From: an uncultured Bacteroidales bacterium
GTDB taxonomy: Bacteria > Bacteroidota > Bacteroidia > Bacteroidales > UBA10428
NCBI GenBank assembly: GCA_964580815.1
Contig: CAZOLY010000001.1
Coordinates: 1 to 56,161, forward strand
Reading direction: 5' to 3'
DNA length: 56,161 bases
The notes below the pieces were generated by a model, which made no database searches, was not told the origin of the DNA, and was given only the letters and a program-made list of their open reading frames with translations. How positions within the stretch are numbered: position 1 is the first letter of the stretch; every line of letters begins with the position of its first letter. This document shows positions 37,503 through 47,783 of this stretch, in pieces. Both the position numbers and the translations under genes were made by a program.

Positions 37503-39536
37503 CTATTTTATGTCGGCTCCTTCTTCAGTCGGTTCTTCAGGAGAAACAAATGTTAATTTGCCTCTGGAATCTTCAGCCATTAGGATCATGCCCTGTGATC
37601 TGATACCTTTAATATCTCTGGGCTCAAGGTTCACAAGTATGCTTACCTGCTTCCCGATTATTTTCCCGGGGTCGAAATCTTCAGCAATTCCCGCAACAAC
37701 TGTACGTTTATCCATTCCCGTATCTATTTTCAGTTGCAGCAGTTTCTTTGTTTTGGGTACTTTTACAGCTTCCAGAATTCGGCCTACCCTGATATCGAGC
37801 TTTGAAAAATCATCAAAGTTTATATTCTCTTTTTGTTGCTTAATCATGGTTTTAGTGTTTTTATTTCTAGTTTTAACTGCCTCTAATTTTTTAAATTGAA
37901 TTTCAATTTCAGGATCTTCAATTTTTTCAAACAGCAAACCTGGTTTATTTATCCGGTGCCCGGGGGGTATTATATCTATATTTCCTGCAGCTTCCCATGA
38001 CAGTTTCTTGATATTAAGGTATCCTGCCAGTTTACTTGAGGTAAACGGAAGGAAAGGATCAATGATTACCGATATATTTGCTGTTAACTGCAAAGATATG
38101 TACAGAATAGTACTGACCCTGTCTTCCTGCGTTTTTATTATATTCCAGGGTTCGGTGTCAGCAAGGTATTTATTTCCCAGCCTGGCATAATCCATAGCAT
38201 ATTTCAGCCCTTCCCTGAAGCGGAAATTTTCGATACTATTCTCAACAGATAGCTTAATTTTTGCTATTTCATTGATTGTTTTTCTGTCATAATCTGTAAT
38301 ATCTTTAATTTCAGGCACTTTGCCTCCAAAGTATTTATGTGTCAGCACCAGTGTTCTGTTAACGAAGTTGCCAAGAATAGCGACAAGTTCATTATTGTTC
38401 CTGTTCTGAAAATCTTTCCAGGTAAAGTCATTATCCTTGGTTTCCGGGGCATTGGCACACAAGACATAACGAAGGACATCCTGTTTGCCTTGAAATTCCG
38501 CCAGATATTCGTGCAGCCATACGGCCCAGTTGCGGGAAGTGGATATTTTATCACCTTCAAGATTAAGGAATTCGTTGGCAGGCACATTGTCAGGAAGTAT
38601 ATAACTCCCTTCGGTTTTGAGCATTATGGGGAATATAATGCAATGAAATACAATATTATCTTTTCCGATAAAATGAACAAGTTTCGTCTCCTTATCTTTC
38701 CAGTATTTTTCCCACTCACCTGTTAGATCTTTTGTTGCTGATATATAGCCTATTGGGGCGTCAAACCAGACATACAGCACTTTTCCTTCAGCTCCTTTTA
38801 AAGGGACCGGGATACCCCAGTCGAGGTCACGGCTTACAGCACGTGGCTGAAGTCCCTGGTCAAGCCATGATTTGCACTGGCCATATACATTGGCTTTCCA
38901 GTTTTTATGTTCATCAAGAATCCATTTTTTTAAAAATCCTTCATGTTTATCCAGTGGTAAAAACCAGTGTTTGGTCTTTCTCAGGACCGGTTCTGACCCG
39001 CTGATGGTTGATTTTGGGTTAATCAGATCAGTGGGACTAAGTGATGTGCCGCAGTTTTCACATTGGTCGCCATAGGCAGAGTCGTTTCCGCAATGAGGAC
39101 ATATGCCTGTAATGTATCTGTCGGCAAGATACTGGCCCGCTTCTTCGTCGTAATACTGATTAGTTGTTTTTTCTATGAATTCACCATTTTTATAGAGCGT
39201 GGTAAAGAACTCAGATGCCAATTGATAGTGTGTTTCTGATGTTGTTCTTGAGTATATGTCAAAAGAAATTCCAAAATCTGCGAATGCCTTCCTGTTCATA
39301 TTATGATACCTGTCGACAATATCGCGGGGTGTAACTCCTTCCTGCCTGGCTTTGATGGTTATAGGCACCCCGTGTTCATCCGAGCCACATATAAAAACCA
39401 CATCCTCATTCTTAAGTCTCAGGTATCTTACATAGATATCAGCAGGAATATAAGCTCCGGCCAAATGCCCGATATGTATTGGCCCGTTTGCATAGGGAAG
39501 TGCTGCCGTTACCAGATAGCGCTTATAATTATTCAT
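37503..39536 (-). CDS. metG: Methionine--tRNA ligase with a C-terminal tRNA-binding (EMAPII-like) domain
   Basis: The HIGH block is [12 protein letters not shown], the KMSKS variant is KISTSR, and the zinc knuckle is [18 protein letters not shown]. The C-terminus reads [28 protein letters not shown]. Confidence 0.96.
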   Translation of the reverse strand: MNNYKRYLVTAALPYANGPIHIGHLAGAYIPADIYVRYLRLKNEDVVFICGSDEHGVPITIKARQEGVTPRDIVDRYHNMNRKAFADFGISFDIYSRTTSETHYQLASEFFTTLYKNGEFIEKTTNQYYDEEAGQYLADRYITGICPHCGNDSAYGDQCENCGTSLSPTDLINPKSTISGSEPVLRKTKHWFLPLDKHEGFLKKWILDEHKNWKANVYGQCKSWLDQGLQPRAVSRDLDWGIPVPLKGAEGKVLYVWFDAPIGYISATKDLTGEWEKYWKDKETKLVHFIGKDNIVFHCIIFPIMLKTEGSYILPDNVPANEFLNLEGDKISTSRNWAVWLHEYLAEFQGKQDVLRYVLCANAPETKDNDFTWKDFQNRNNNELVAILGNFVNRTLVLTHKYFGGKVPEIKDITDYDRKTINEIAKIKLSVENSIENFRFREGLKYAMDYARLGNKYLADTEPWNIIKTQEDRVSTILYISLQLTANISVIIDPFLPFTSSKLAGYLNIKKLSWEAAGNIDIIPPGHRINKPGLLFEKIEDPEIEIQFKKLEAVKTRNKNTKTMIKQQKENINFDDFSKLDIRVGRILEAVKVPKTKKLLQLKIDTGMDKRTVVAGIAEDFDPGKIIGKQVSILVNLEPRDIKGIRSQGMILMAEDSRGKLTFVSPEEPTEEGADIK

Positions 39537-39644
39537 TTCAGGCTAAAAATTTTAAGTGGCAATTAATTTTCTGTAAAGTATATAAAGATTTATTAAATTG
39601 CCAAAGATATTTAAACCTGATGATTTAAGAAAATAGATTGGGTT

Positions 39645-40550
39645 ATGATTACGCCTCCTTTTTTGCAGAAAAATGACAAAATCGGCATCGTTGCCCCGGC
39701 CGGGATGATATCACAGAAAAAGGTGACACATGCTATTAAAGTATTTAATGGCTGGGGATTAGATGTTGTATTGGGAAGGAATATTTTTAAAAGAAAAAAT
39801 ACTTTTGCAGGAAGTGACAAGCAGCGTAAAGATGATTTTCAGGATATTATTGACATGCAGGATATCAGGGCTGTAATTTGTGCAAGAGGCGGATATGGTG
39901 CAATAAGAGTCATTAATAAAATTGATTTCAGGAAATTCATACAAAATCCAAAATGGATTGTAGGATTTAGCGATATCACAGTTTTTCATGCATGCTTGCA
40001 GAAGAATATTAAATGTGAAAGTATTCATGCTGTAATGCCCGGAAGCTTTTCTGAGAGTGAGCTTGAGAATAAATCCCTTAATTCATTAAAGAATGTTTTG
40101 TTCGGGGGAGATATAAATTACAAAATACCCTCACATTCTCTAAACAGTTACGGAGAAACAGAAGGCACGCTAATTGGCGGTAATTTGTCCGTTTTATATA
40201 GCTTGCAGGGAACCAATCTTGAAATTGAGGCGGATGATAAAATCCTGTTTATTGAAGATGTTAATGAATACCTTTATCATGTTGACAGGATGATTTCAAA
40301 TTTAAAGCTTAGCGGGAAGCTGGATAATCTGAGGGGCCTTATAGTAGGACACATGAGCAGAATGAAGGATTCTCCCGTTGCTTTTGGAGAGAATGCTTAT
40401 GAAATAATACATAGAGCTGTCAAGGATTACAGCTATCCGGTTATTTTTAATTTTCCCGCCGGGCACGTTAAACCAAATATGGCATTAATATTAGGCAGAA
40501 GTATCAAAATGACCGTTGATCCCCAGGCAAGTAAAGTAATTTTTAAATAA
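39645..40550 (+). CDS. ldcA: LD-carboxypeptidase (peptidase S66, muramoyltetrapeptide carboxypeptidase)
   Basis: The GFSDITV nucleophile block is present. The 301-aa length and overall S66 pattern fit. Confidence 0.85.
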   Translation: MITPPFLQKNDKIGIVAPAGMISQKKVTHAIKVFNGWGLDVVLGRNIFKRKNTFAGSDKQRKDDFQDIIDMQDIRAVICARGGYGAIRVINKIDFRKFIQNPKWIVGFSDITVFHACLQKNIKCESIHAVMPGSFSESELENKSLNSLKNVLFGGDINYKIPSHSLNSYGETEGTLIGGNLSVLYSLQGTNLEIEADDKILFIEDVNEYLYHVDRMISNLKLSGKLDNLRGLIVGHMSRMKDSPVAFGENAYEIIHRAVKDYSYPVIFNFPAGHVKPNMALILGRSIKMTVDPQASKVIFK

Positions 40551-40560
40551 TTTTTAGCAG

Positions 40561-40929
40561 TTGACATCAAGGCATATTGAACTTGGAAAGAGAGGAGAAT
40601 CACTGGCAATAGAATATTTAAAGGTTAAGGGATATAAGATACTGGAGATAAACTGGAGGACTAATCATAGAGAAGTTGATATTATTGCACAGGATAATGA
40701 TGAAATAGTATTTATAGAGGTTAAGACCCGTACAAGTATTTATTCCGGTAATCCTGTCGAAGCAGTAAATGTTCAAAAGCAGAGATTATTAATTGATGCA
40801 GCTGAGGATTATATTATTTCCAACAACATTGATCTGGAAGCAAGGTTTGATATCATCTCGGTTATTATTAATGGTCATAAGCAGAATATTAATCATATAA
40901 AAGAGGCTTTTTATTCAGGTATTAATTAA
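40561..40929 (+). CDS. yraN: YraN-family (UPF0102) endonuclease-fold protein
   Basis: GKRGESLAIEYLKVKGYKILEINWR, EVDIIA and VFIEVKTR are present. It starts with TTG, and no in-frame ATG preserves the conserved N-terminus. Confidence 0.85.
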   Translation: MTSRHIELGKRGESLAIEYLKVKGYKILEINWRTNHREVDIIAQDNDEIVFIEVKTRTSIYSGNPVEAVNVQKQRLLIDAAEDYIISNNIDLEARFDIISVIINGHKQNINHIKEAFYSGIN

Positions 40930-40936
40930 AACAAAA

Positions 40937-40996
40937 ATGAATATTGAAGATATCCATGAATATTGTCTCCAAAAAAAGGGAGTGACCGATGCCTGA
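40937..40996 (+). pseudogene. 19-codon N-terminal fragment of an MmcQ/YjbR-family gene (scar)
   Basis: My translation gives MNIEDIHEYCLQKKGVTDA followed by a stop. The intact gene at 41862 begins MHIEEIREYCISKPGVTEG. That is 11/19 identical, with 4 more conservative substitutions. Confidence 0.6.
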
Positions 40997-41112
40997 GATT
41001 TCAGGATTGGTTGGCAATCCAGATTTTTCAAACAGACTAGCTTGACATCTATAATAATATTCAATATCTTAGTAGCTTGCTAATAGTGGCAAGAAACAAA
41101 AACTCCACCTTT

Positions 41113-41601
41113 ATGAAAAACAAAATCCTGACAACAACCAAATTTCTGCAAAGTACTGTTTTAGTTCTAATCCTTTCTCTGTTCCTTGTTTCATGCAAAA
41201 ATGAGCCGGACCCACCAACTGTTGATGAGGCAAAAGCTGCCATCATGGAAAAGATAAAGTTGGCAAATGACAAGTGGGCTTCGGGCGATCCAATGGGCTT
41301 CATGGAATGTGCAGCACAGGATATCATCTGGATCGATGACCTTGGTGCACAGAATTCTGTAAGTGGATATGACACCCTTGCGAAATACCTGGAAAACTTT
41401 AAAGGCCAGATTCCTCCGCACGAACATGAGCTGCTGGATATGGTGTTCCAGTACTACGGTGATATTGTGATCGTGAATTACCGTTATCAGGGGATATTCG
41501 ACGGGGAGCCTGCTGATCCCTGGAAGGTTACATCGGTATTCAGGTATCAGGATGGTGACTGGTTATCAGTGCATGAAAACTGGTCGCTTATAAAGCAATA
41601 A
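41113..41601 (+). CDS. NTF2-like / SnoaL / DUF4440-type lipoprotein
   Basis: The ATG at 41113 gives MKNKILTTTKFLQSTVLVLILSLFLVSC, a lipoprotein signal. The mature part ...DKWASGDPMGFMECAAQDIIWIDDLG...FRYQDGDWLSVHENWS is NTF2-fold-like. The ORF-track start at 41077 is a TTG. GC content is visibly higher than in the surrounding sequence. Confidence 0.75.
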   Translation: MKNKILTTTKFLQSTVLVLILSLFLVSCKNEPDPPTVDEAKAAIMEKIKLANDKWASGDPMGFMECAAQDIIWIDDLGAQNSVSGYDTLAKYLENFKGQIPPHEHELLDMVFQYYGDIVIVNYRYQGIFDGEPADPWKVTSVFRYQDGDWLSVHENWSLIKQ

Positions 41602-41861
41602 CCTCAAACCTTACCGAAATATAGTGGCCTCATCCAGAGCATAGATGTGGTATGGAGTATGCGGTAATGCAGTTCCACGGTTATACAACTGGAGTTTATA
41701 ACGGAGCTGGAATAGATTTTTAACTGAAATGATTTCAGCTTCATTGTTAAATGCCCCGGGTCTTTGATATCATACTGACCCTTAATGTTCTGTTGAATTT
41801 CAGAGAGCATCAGTTAGTTCCAAAATCTGAAATCTTATAAATTGTATATAAATCAAATGGC

Positions 41862-42218
41862 ATGCATATCGAAGAAATTCGCGAATATTGCATCAGTAAA
41901 CCAGGTGTAACTGAAGGTTTGCCCTTCAATGACACTGCACTGGTATTTAAAGTAGCCGGAAAGATGTTTGCCTTGCTTGATTTATCGGAGGAGAGCAGGG
42001 GAATAAGTCTGAAGTGCGACCCGGAACTGGCACTGGAGCTACGTGAGAAATACCCCGAAGTAACTCCTGCCTGGCACTTCAACAAGGAGCACTGGAATAC
42101 GGTTGTAATCGACGGGACAATAAGGGATAAACTTATTTTTAGCTGGATTGATAAATCATATAATATGGTCGTTCAAAAACTACCTAAAATAAAATCAGAA
42201 GAACTAAAATCATTATAA
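41862..42218 (+). CDS. MmcQ/YjbR-family protein
   Basis: 118 aa. MHIEEIREYCISKPGVTEGLPFNDTALVFKVAGKMFALL...WNTV follows the typical YjbR pattern. Confidence 0.8.
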   Translation: MHIEEIREYCISKPGVTEGLPFNDTALVFKVAGKMFALLDLSEESRGISLKCDPELALELREKYPEVTPAWHFNKEHWNTVVIDGTIRDKLIFSWIDKSYNMVVQKLPKIKSEELKSL

Positions 42219-42285
42219 ATATAACATATGAATCTTCCCGGGGAAGATAATTTGCCTGGTCAGTATTCAATTAAAATTAAAGCAT

Positions 42286-42852
42286 ATGAAAAGGTTAATA
42301 AGATATTTTTTCCAGGGGTTGCTGTATTTGGCGCCTACTGCTGTGACAATATATATTGTCTACCTGGTTTTCAAATTTATTGACGGACCGATAAGGCATT
42401 ATATTGTTAAGATTTTTGACATTGACATCCCGGGCGCAGGATTACTTATAATAGTCACTGGCATAACATTACTGGGATTTGTCGGGCAGACTATCCTTTT
42501 CAGGCCATTGCGGCTTTTAATTGACAGAATAATGAAGAGTGCGCCCTTAATAAAGGTAATTTATTCATCAATAAAGGACTTATTGTCGGCATTTGTCGGG
42601 AAGGAGAAGAAGTTCAAACAGCCAGTGATAGTTAAGGTTAATCTGGTTTCGAATCTTGAGAAGATGGGATTTATAACCCAGGAGGATCTTTCAGATATAG
42701 GTATCAAGGATAAGGTATCGGTATATTTTCCGCACTCATATAATTTTTCAGGGGAAATGTTTATAGTCCCCAGGGAACATATCACTTTACTTGATATTCC
42801 TGCAGCCGATGCCATGAAGTTTATTGTTTCCGGTGGTATAGCGAAAGTCTGA
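42286..42852 (+). CDS. DUF502-family membrane protein
   Basis: 188 aa. Two N-terminal TM helices are present (FFQGLLYLAPTAVTIYIVYLVF, GAGLLIIVTGITLLGFVG), and the pattern fits DUF502. Confidence 0.75.
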   Translation: MKRLIRYFFQGLLYLAPTAVTIYIVYLVFKFIDGPIRHYIVKIFDIDIPGAGLLIIVTGITLLGFVGQTILFRPLRLLIDRIMKSAPLIKVIYSSIKDLLSAFVGKEKKFKQPVIVKVNLVSNLEKMGFITQEDLSDIGIKDKVSVYFPHSYNFSGEMFIVPREHITLLDIPAADAMKFIVSGGIAKV

Positions 42853-42871
42853 AATTGAGGTATTATTTTAA

Positions 42872-43795
42872 TTAGACCGGATTGCGGAACAATCCTTCTA
42901 CTGAAAGGTATCTTTCACCGGTATCATAATTAAATGCCAGGATTACTGATTTTTCAGGTATCCCAGGAAGTTTTTTGGCCACTGCCGCTAAAGTTGCACC
43001 CGATGATATTCCGCCGAATATTCCTTCTTCCCTGGCAGCCTTTTTAGCGTATTCAAACGCTTCATCTTTTGATATCAGGATAACACCATCAAGAAGCTTT
43101 TTGTCAAGGTTTTCAGGAATAAATCCTGCTCCTATTCCCTGAATGGGGTGGGGGCCGGGCTGCCCGCCGCTGATAACATGCGACAATTCGGGTTCAACTG
43201 CAAAAACTTTCAGCTTCGGGAACGACTTCTTTAATGTTCTTGCTACTCCTGTTATATGACCACCTGTCCCTACACCGGTAACAAGAAAATCTATTCCCCC
43301 GGGAAAATCATTTAATATTTCATTCGCAGTAGCTGTCCTGTGAATTTCAATATTAGCTTTATTATCAAATTGTGAGGGGATCCACACTTTTGGATTTCCT
43401 GATGCAATCTGTTGCGCTTTTTCAATAGCACCCTTCATACCTTTATCTCTGGGAGTGAGCACAAATTCAGCTCCAAAGGCAGCCATTATATTTCTTCTCT
43501 CGACTGACATTGACTCGGGCATGACCAGGATCAATCTGTATTTTTTCACCGCTGCCACCATAGCCAGTCCGATTCCCGTATTTCCCGAAGTAGGTTCAAC
43601 AATAACGGACTCTTTGGTAAGTATTCCTTTCTTTTCAGCATCTTCAACCATAGCCAGGGCTATGCGGTCTTTGATACTTCCACCGGGATTTGCACGTTCA
43701 AGTTTTAACCAGACCTCATAATCACCCTTGTACAGGTTATTTATTCTTATATGGGGAGTATTGCCTATTGTCTCAAGAATATTATTGGCTTTCAT
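42872..43795 (-). CDS. cysK: Cysteine synthase A (O-acetylserine sulfhydrylase)
   Basis: The PLP-lysine block is NPGGSIKDR, and [11 protein letters not shown] is present. 307 aa. Confidence 0.94.
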   Translation of the reverse strand: MKANNILETIGNTPHIRINNLYKGDYEVWLKLERANPGGSIKDRIALAMVEDAEKKGILTKESVIVEPTSGNTGIGLAMVAAVKKYRLILVMPESMSVERRNIMAAFGAEFVLTPRDKGMKGAIEKAQQIASGNPKVWIPSQFDNKANIEIHRTATANEILNDFPGGIDFLVTGVGTGGHITGVARTLKKSFPKLKVFAVEPELSHVISGGQPGPHPIQGIGAGFIPENLDKKLLDGVILISKDEAFEYAKKAAREEGIFGGISSGATLAAVAKKLPGIPEKSVILAFNYDTGERYLSVEGLFRNPV

Positions 43796-43877
43796 AATGA
43801 ACAGGGTTTAGGTAATGTAATAAAACAATATATTAAAATGATTGTTTTTCCGGAGGCATAATAATTCATCCGCTTCA

Positions 43878-44717
43878 TCAGATGACAAAATCGTTAGTAT
43901 CCGGACGTTTCTTATTATCCCTGACAATAGTCTTGCTTTCATGATAGACAAGTGACCAGGAAGGAACACTTTTTGTCAGCCACACATTACCGCCGATTAT
44001 CGTATCATGGCCTACGACTGTTTCACCTCCCAGTATTGTGCTGCCTGAATATATAATAACATTGTCTTCTATTGTAGGATGCCGTTTTATCCCTTTCATG
44101 CTTTTTTTAACATACATTGCTCCTAAGGTTACACCCTGGTAAATTTTTACATTATTGCCAATAGTGGTGGTTTCGCCTATAACCACACCCGTACCATGGT
44201 CAATAAAAAAATTCTCTCCTATCTGTGCCCCGGGATGTATATCGATACCCGTTTTACTATGTGCATGTTCGGATATTATTCTGGGAATGAAGGGAATTTT
44301 AAGATCATAAAGCGCATGTGAAAGCCGGTAAATGGAGATACTGTAAAATCCCGGATAGTATAATATAACACTTTCAACAGTCCGGGCAGCGGGGTCTGAA
44401 TTCAGAAAAGTCCGGGCATCTTTAATAAGGCTTTCATATATGGCAGGCAGCCCTTTAAAAAATTTCTCAGTAATGCTGCTTACAGTCCCTTCAAGTATTT
44501 TTTCCATGGGAGTCAGGATATCTCTAAAATCCAGTTGCAGTTGAGCCATATTCAGGTTTATTTGGGGAAGGGTGCATTTCCTTTCCTTTTTAACAGGGAA
44601 GAGGAAGCTTATCATGTTATCGGCAAAAGCATGGGCTTTGGCCATAGAAGGCACTTCTTTGCTGAAGTTATTATACTGGTCAAAAAGATAGTCCGGAAAT
44701 TTATTAAGAGAGACCAT
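43878..44717 (-). CDS. cysE: Serine O-acetyltransferase
   Basis: The hexapeptide core is GAQIGENFFIDHGTGVVIGETTTIGNNVKIYQGVTLG. It is adjacent to cysK. Confidence 0.9.
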   Translation of the reverse strand: MVSLNKFPDYLFDQYNNFSKEVPSMAKAHAFADNMISFLFPVKKERKCTLPQINLNMAQLQLDFRDILTPMEKILEGTVSSITEKFFKGLPAIYESLIKDARTFLNSDPAARTVESVILYYPGFYSISIYRLSHALYDLKIPFIPRIISEHAHSKTGIDIHPGAQIGENFFIDHGTGVVIGETTTIGNNVKIYQGVTLGAMYVKKSMKGIKRHPTIEDNVIIYSGSTILGGETVVGHDTIIGGNVWLTKSVPSWSLVYHESKTIVRDNKKRPDTNDFVI

Positions 44718-44790
44718 TTTAATTTGTATTATTAATATTTAAAGATATTATTTTTTCAAGCAAACCTTTGAGTTAATGAGCAGGCAGTCA

Positions 44791-45603
44791 TCAGTTATTG
44801 TTTGTCTGAAGTCTTTCCAGCTTGTTATAGGATGTTATCAGCCCTTTAATTAGAGCAGAGCTGAATCCCTGGTGCTCCATTTCATTAAGTCCAGATATTG
44901 TAATTCCCTGGGGGGTTGTTACTTTATCAATTTCCTTCTCGGGGTGGTTGCCACTTTCAAGTATAAGTTTGGCAGCTCCTTTCAGGGTCTGTGCAGTAAT
45001 AAGCTGTGATACTTCAGCACTGAATCCGATTTCAATACCACCCTGGCTTGCGGCGCGCATATATCTTAAGGCGTAGGCTATACCGCATGCACCGAGGACA
45101 GTAGCTGCTCCCATCAATTCTTCGCTTATGACAATGGTCTTTCCGAGACTTTCAAAAAGAGATATAATTGACCTAACAGCTTTTTTATCTGCATTTTTAT
45201 ATGATATGCAGGTCATTGATTCTCTGATCTCGATAGCAGTATTGGGCATTAACCGGAATACAGGCAGAGACCCCAGTCTTTTTTCGACATCGCTGATGGG
45301 CAATCCGGAGACGGTATAGGCCAGTATATGTTTATCCTTATTAACTGTGCCAGCAATTTCATCAAGGAGCACATTTATCTGTTGCGGCTTTACGGCAATG
45401 ATTATAAGTTCCGATTCAGATACTGCCAGCTTATTATTACTTGTGACCTGGAAACCGGATTCACTAAGATAATCTCTCCTCCTCTCCCTGATTTCTGAGA
45501 CGATAATATTTTCTTTTTTGTAATCGCCTGTTTCCAGCAAACCTTTGGTTATTGAAAAGCCAAGGTTCCCCCCTCCGACAATTGCAATTTTTTTGAATTT
45601 CAT
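44791..45603 (-). CDS. proC: Pyrroline-5-carboxylate reductase
   Basis: The Rossmann motif is KIAIVGGGNLG. The 270-aa length and the C-terminal P5CR dimerisation-domain pattern (TTPQGITISG) fit. Confidence 0.9.
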   Translation of the reverse strand: MKFKKIAIVGGGNLGFSITKGLLETGDYKKENIIVSEIRERRRDYLSESGFQVTSNNKLAVSESELIIIAVKPQQINVLLDEIAGTVNKDKHILAYTVSGLPISDVEKRLGSLPVFRLMPNTAIEIRESMTCISYKNADKKAVRSIISLFESLGKTIVISEELMGAATVLGACGIAYALRYMRAASQGGIEIGFSAEVSQLITAQTLKGAAKLILESGNHPEKEIDKVTTPQGITISGLNEMEHQGFSSALIKGLITSYNKLERLQTNNN

Positions 45604-45633
45604 GACAAAGTATTTATGTATATTCAGAATAAA

Positions 45634-46833
45634 TTATTCTCTTATCGCTTTAATTCCCGGTAGTTCTTTACCTTCCATATATTCAAGCATTGCCCCTCCG
45701 CCGGTGGATACATAGCTTACCTTATCGCTGAGTTTATTCTTATTTATAGCGGCAACGGAGTCACCTCCGCCAATAAGGCTGTAAGCCCCTTTAGAGGTAG
45801 CGTCTGCAATTGCTTTTGCTATTGCTGAAGTGCCCCTGGCAAATTTATCAATCTCAAAAACTCCCATTGGCCCGTTCCATAAAATTGTCCTGGAGCTACT
45901 TATAAGTACGGTGAACTTCTTAATTGTCTCCTCTCCAATATCAAGGCCCATCCAGCCATCAGGGGTCTCATCTATTTTTGAATACGATGTTTTCGCATCT
46001 GCATCAAATTTATCAGCATTAACAGCATCAACTGGAAGATACACGCTGACATTGTGCGCCTTCGCTTTTTCAAGCACGCTTAACGCCAATTCGAGCTTAT
46101 CTTCTTCGCAGAGGGAATTCCCGATTTTACCTCCCCGTGCTTTTATGAATGTATATGTCATTCCCCCTCCTATGAGCAGGTTATCAATCCTGGGCAACAG
46201 ATTTTCTATAACCATGATTTTGTCCGATACCTTGGCCCCTCCCATTATTGCCGTAAATGGTTTCTCAGCTTCATTTATGACCTTATCTATGCTTTTAAGT
46301 TCACTATTGATAAGATAGCCGAACATTTTATGCTCTCCTGTGAAATAGTTGGCAATAATTGTTGTTGAGGCATGGGCACGGTGTGCAGTACCAAAGGCAT
46401 CGTTTACATATACATCCATCCCTTTGGCAAGTTGTTCTGTAAAGCTCTCATCGCCTTTTGTCTCGCCGGCATGGAAGCGCAGATTTTCGAGCAGAAGAAC
46501 CTCACCCGGTTTCAAATCTTTTTTTAACTGAAGTGTTTTGTCACCTATGCAGTCATCTGCAAATTTGATCCTGGTACCTGGCAAATGCTCCTGTAGCTTG
46601 GGGATTATATGTTTGAGAGAAAATTTATCCTCAGGACCTTCTTTTGGCCTTCCAAGATGTGACATTAAAACGGCCGAACCCCCGTCATTAAGGATTTTTC
46701 TTATTGTTGGCAGTGCTCCCCTTATTCTTGTATCATCTGTTACTTTCAAAGTTGTCTTATCCAGTGGGACATTAAAATCGACCCTTACTATTGCTTTTTT
46801 ACCTGCAAAGTTATAATTATCAATTGTCTGCAT
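45634..46833 (-). CDS. pgk: Phosphoglycerate kinase
   Basis: VRVDFNVPL, the AHRAHAS block and GGGDSVAA are present. 399 aa. Confidence 0.96.
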   Translation of the reverse strand: MQTIDNYNFAGKKAIVRVDFNVPLDKTTLKVTDDTRIRGALPTIRKILNDGGSAVLMSHLGRPKEGPEDKFSLKHIIPKLQEHLPGTRIKFADDCIGDKTLQLKKDLKPGEVLLLENLRFHAGETKGDESFTEQLAKGMDVYVNDAFGTAHRAHASTTIIANYFTGEHKMFGYLINSELKSIDKVINEAEKPFTAIMGGAKVSDKIMVIENLLPRIDNLLIGGGMTYTFIKARGGKIGNSLCEEDKLELALSVLEKAKAHNVSVYLPVDAVNADKFDADAKTSYSKIDETPDGWMGLDIGEETIKKFTVLISSSRTILWNGPMGVFEIDKFARGTSAIAKAIADATSKGAYSLIGGGDSVAAINKNKLSDKVSYVSTGGGAMLEYMEGKELPGIKAIRE

Positions 46834-47030
46834 GTTGATTTAGTTTGTAGATTAATAATTCGGCAAATTTAAAAAACTATAATGAACTCAGAAAAGATTG
46901 TGTCAAATAATTGTGTTTGGCAGGTCATTCATTATGTCATTTTGACATGCAGGAAATAAAAATCAGATTGGTAAGGAATTTGTTTATATGAAATGACTAA
47001 TTTTACTATACAATAATAAAATAAAAAGAT

Positions 47031-47753
47031 ATGTTTGGTTATGCTTATATGATAAATCCCGGTTATTTAATGATCTTTATAGTATTTCTGATAATAAGTT
47101 CACTTGTAGGCAGTCAGTTAAAGTCAAGATTCAGAAGATACTCAAAGCTTCCTATTAATTATGGAATGACAGGCAGGGAGGTTGCTGAGAAGATGCTTCA
47201 TGAAAGCGGTATACATGACGTAAGTGTGACTTCTGTCCAGGGACAGCTGACAGATCATTATAATCCGGCAACAAAGACAGTTAATTTAAGTGCGGATGTT
47301 TACAATGGCAGCAGTGTTGCTTCGGCTGCGATAGCCGCTCATGAATGCGGACATGCAGTGCAGCATGCAAGAGCCTATGCATTTTTACAGTTCCGGACAG
47401 CTTTGGTGCCCCTGCAAAATATCAGTGCAAAGATTATGAACGTCATTTTTGTAGTAATGTTTATTGGATTTTTATTCCTGCCGGGAATAATATCTTTCGA
47501 ATCGGCACTCTATATTATTATTGCCTGTTATGCTATATTTTCATTATTTGCACTGGTTACTTTACCGGTAGAGATTGATGCAAGCAAGAGGGCCCTGGCC
47601 TGGCTCAACCGCAGTGGAATTACAAATTATGAAACACATGATAAGGCAAAAGACGCTTTAAAATGGGCCAGCTATACTTACATGGTTGCTGCAATATCTT
47701 CACTTGCAATGCTGTTTTATTTTATTATGCTGATGGGTGGAAGGAGAAACTGA
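47031..47753 (+). CDS. Membrane zinc metallopeptidase (YugP / Zn_peptidase_2 family)
   Basis: The HExxH motif HECGHAVQH is flanked by TM segments. 240 aa. Confidence 0.82.
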   Translation: MFGYAYMINPGYLMIFIVFLIISSLVGSQLKSRFRRYSKLPINYGMTGREVAEKMLHESGIHDVSVTSVQGQLTDHYNPATKTVNLSADVYNGSSVASAAIAAHECGHAVQHARAYAFLQFRTALVPLQNISAKIMNVIFVVMFIGFLFLPGIISFESALYIIIACYAIFSLFALVTLPVEIDASKRALAWLNRSGITNYETHDKAKDALKWASYTYMVAAISSLAMLFYFIMLMGGRRN

Positions 47754-47783
47754 TTATCAATAAATATTATAAAAGATTCCTGA

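Noticed and set aside
41604-42085. Two minus-strand ORFs (68 aa and 91 aa) in the islet spacer, considered as possible RelE/HigB-type toxin remnants because of ...KGQYDIK... and ...HYRIL... strings
   Set aside because: The spacing and order of the strings do not fit RelE, ParE or HigB architecture. The 91-aa ORF is antisense to the well-supported YjbR gene. No antitoxin-like partner is present.
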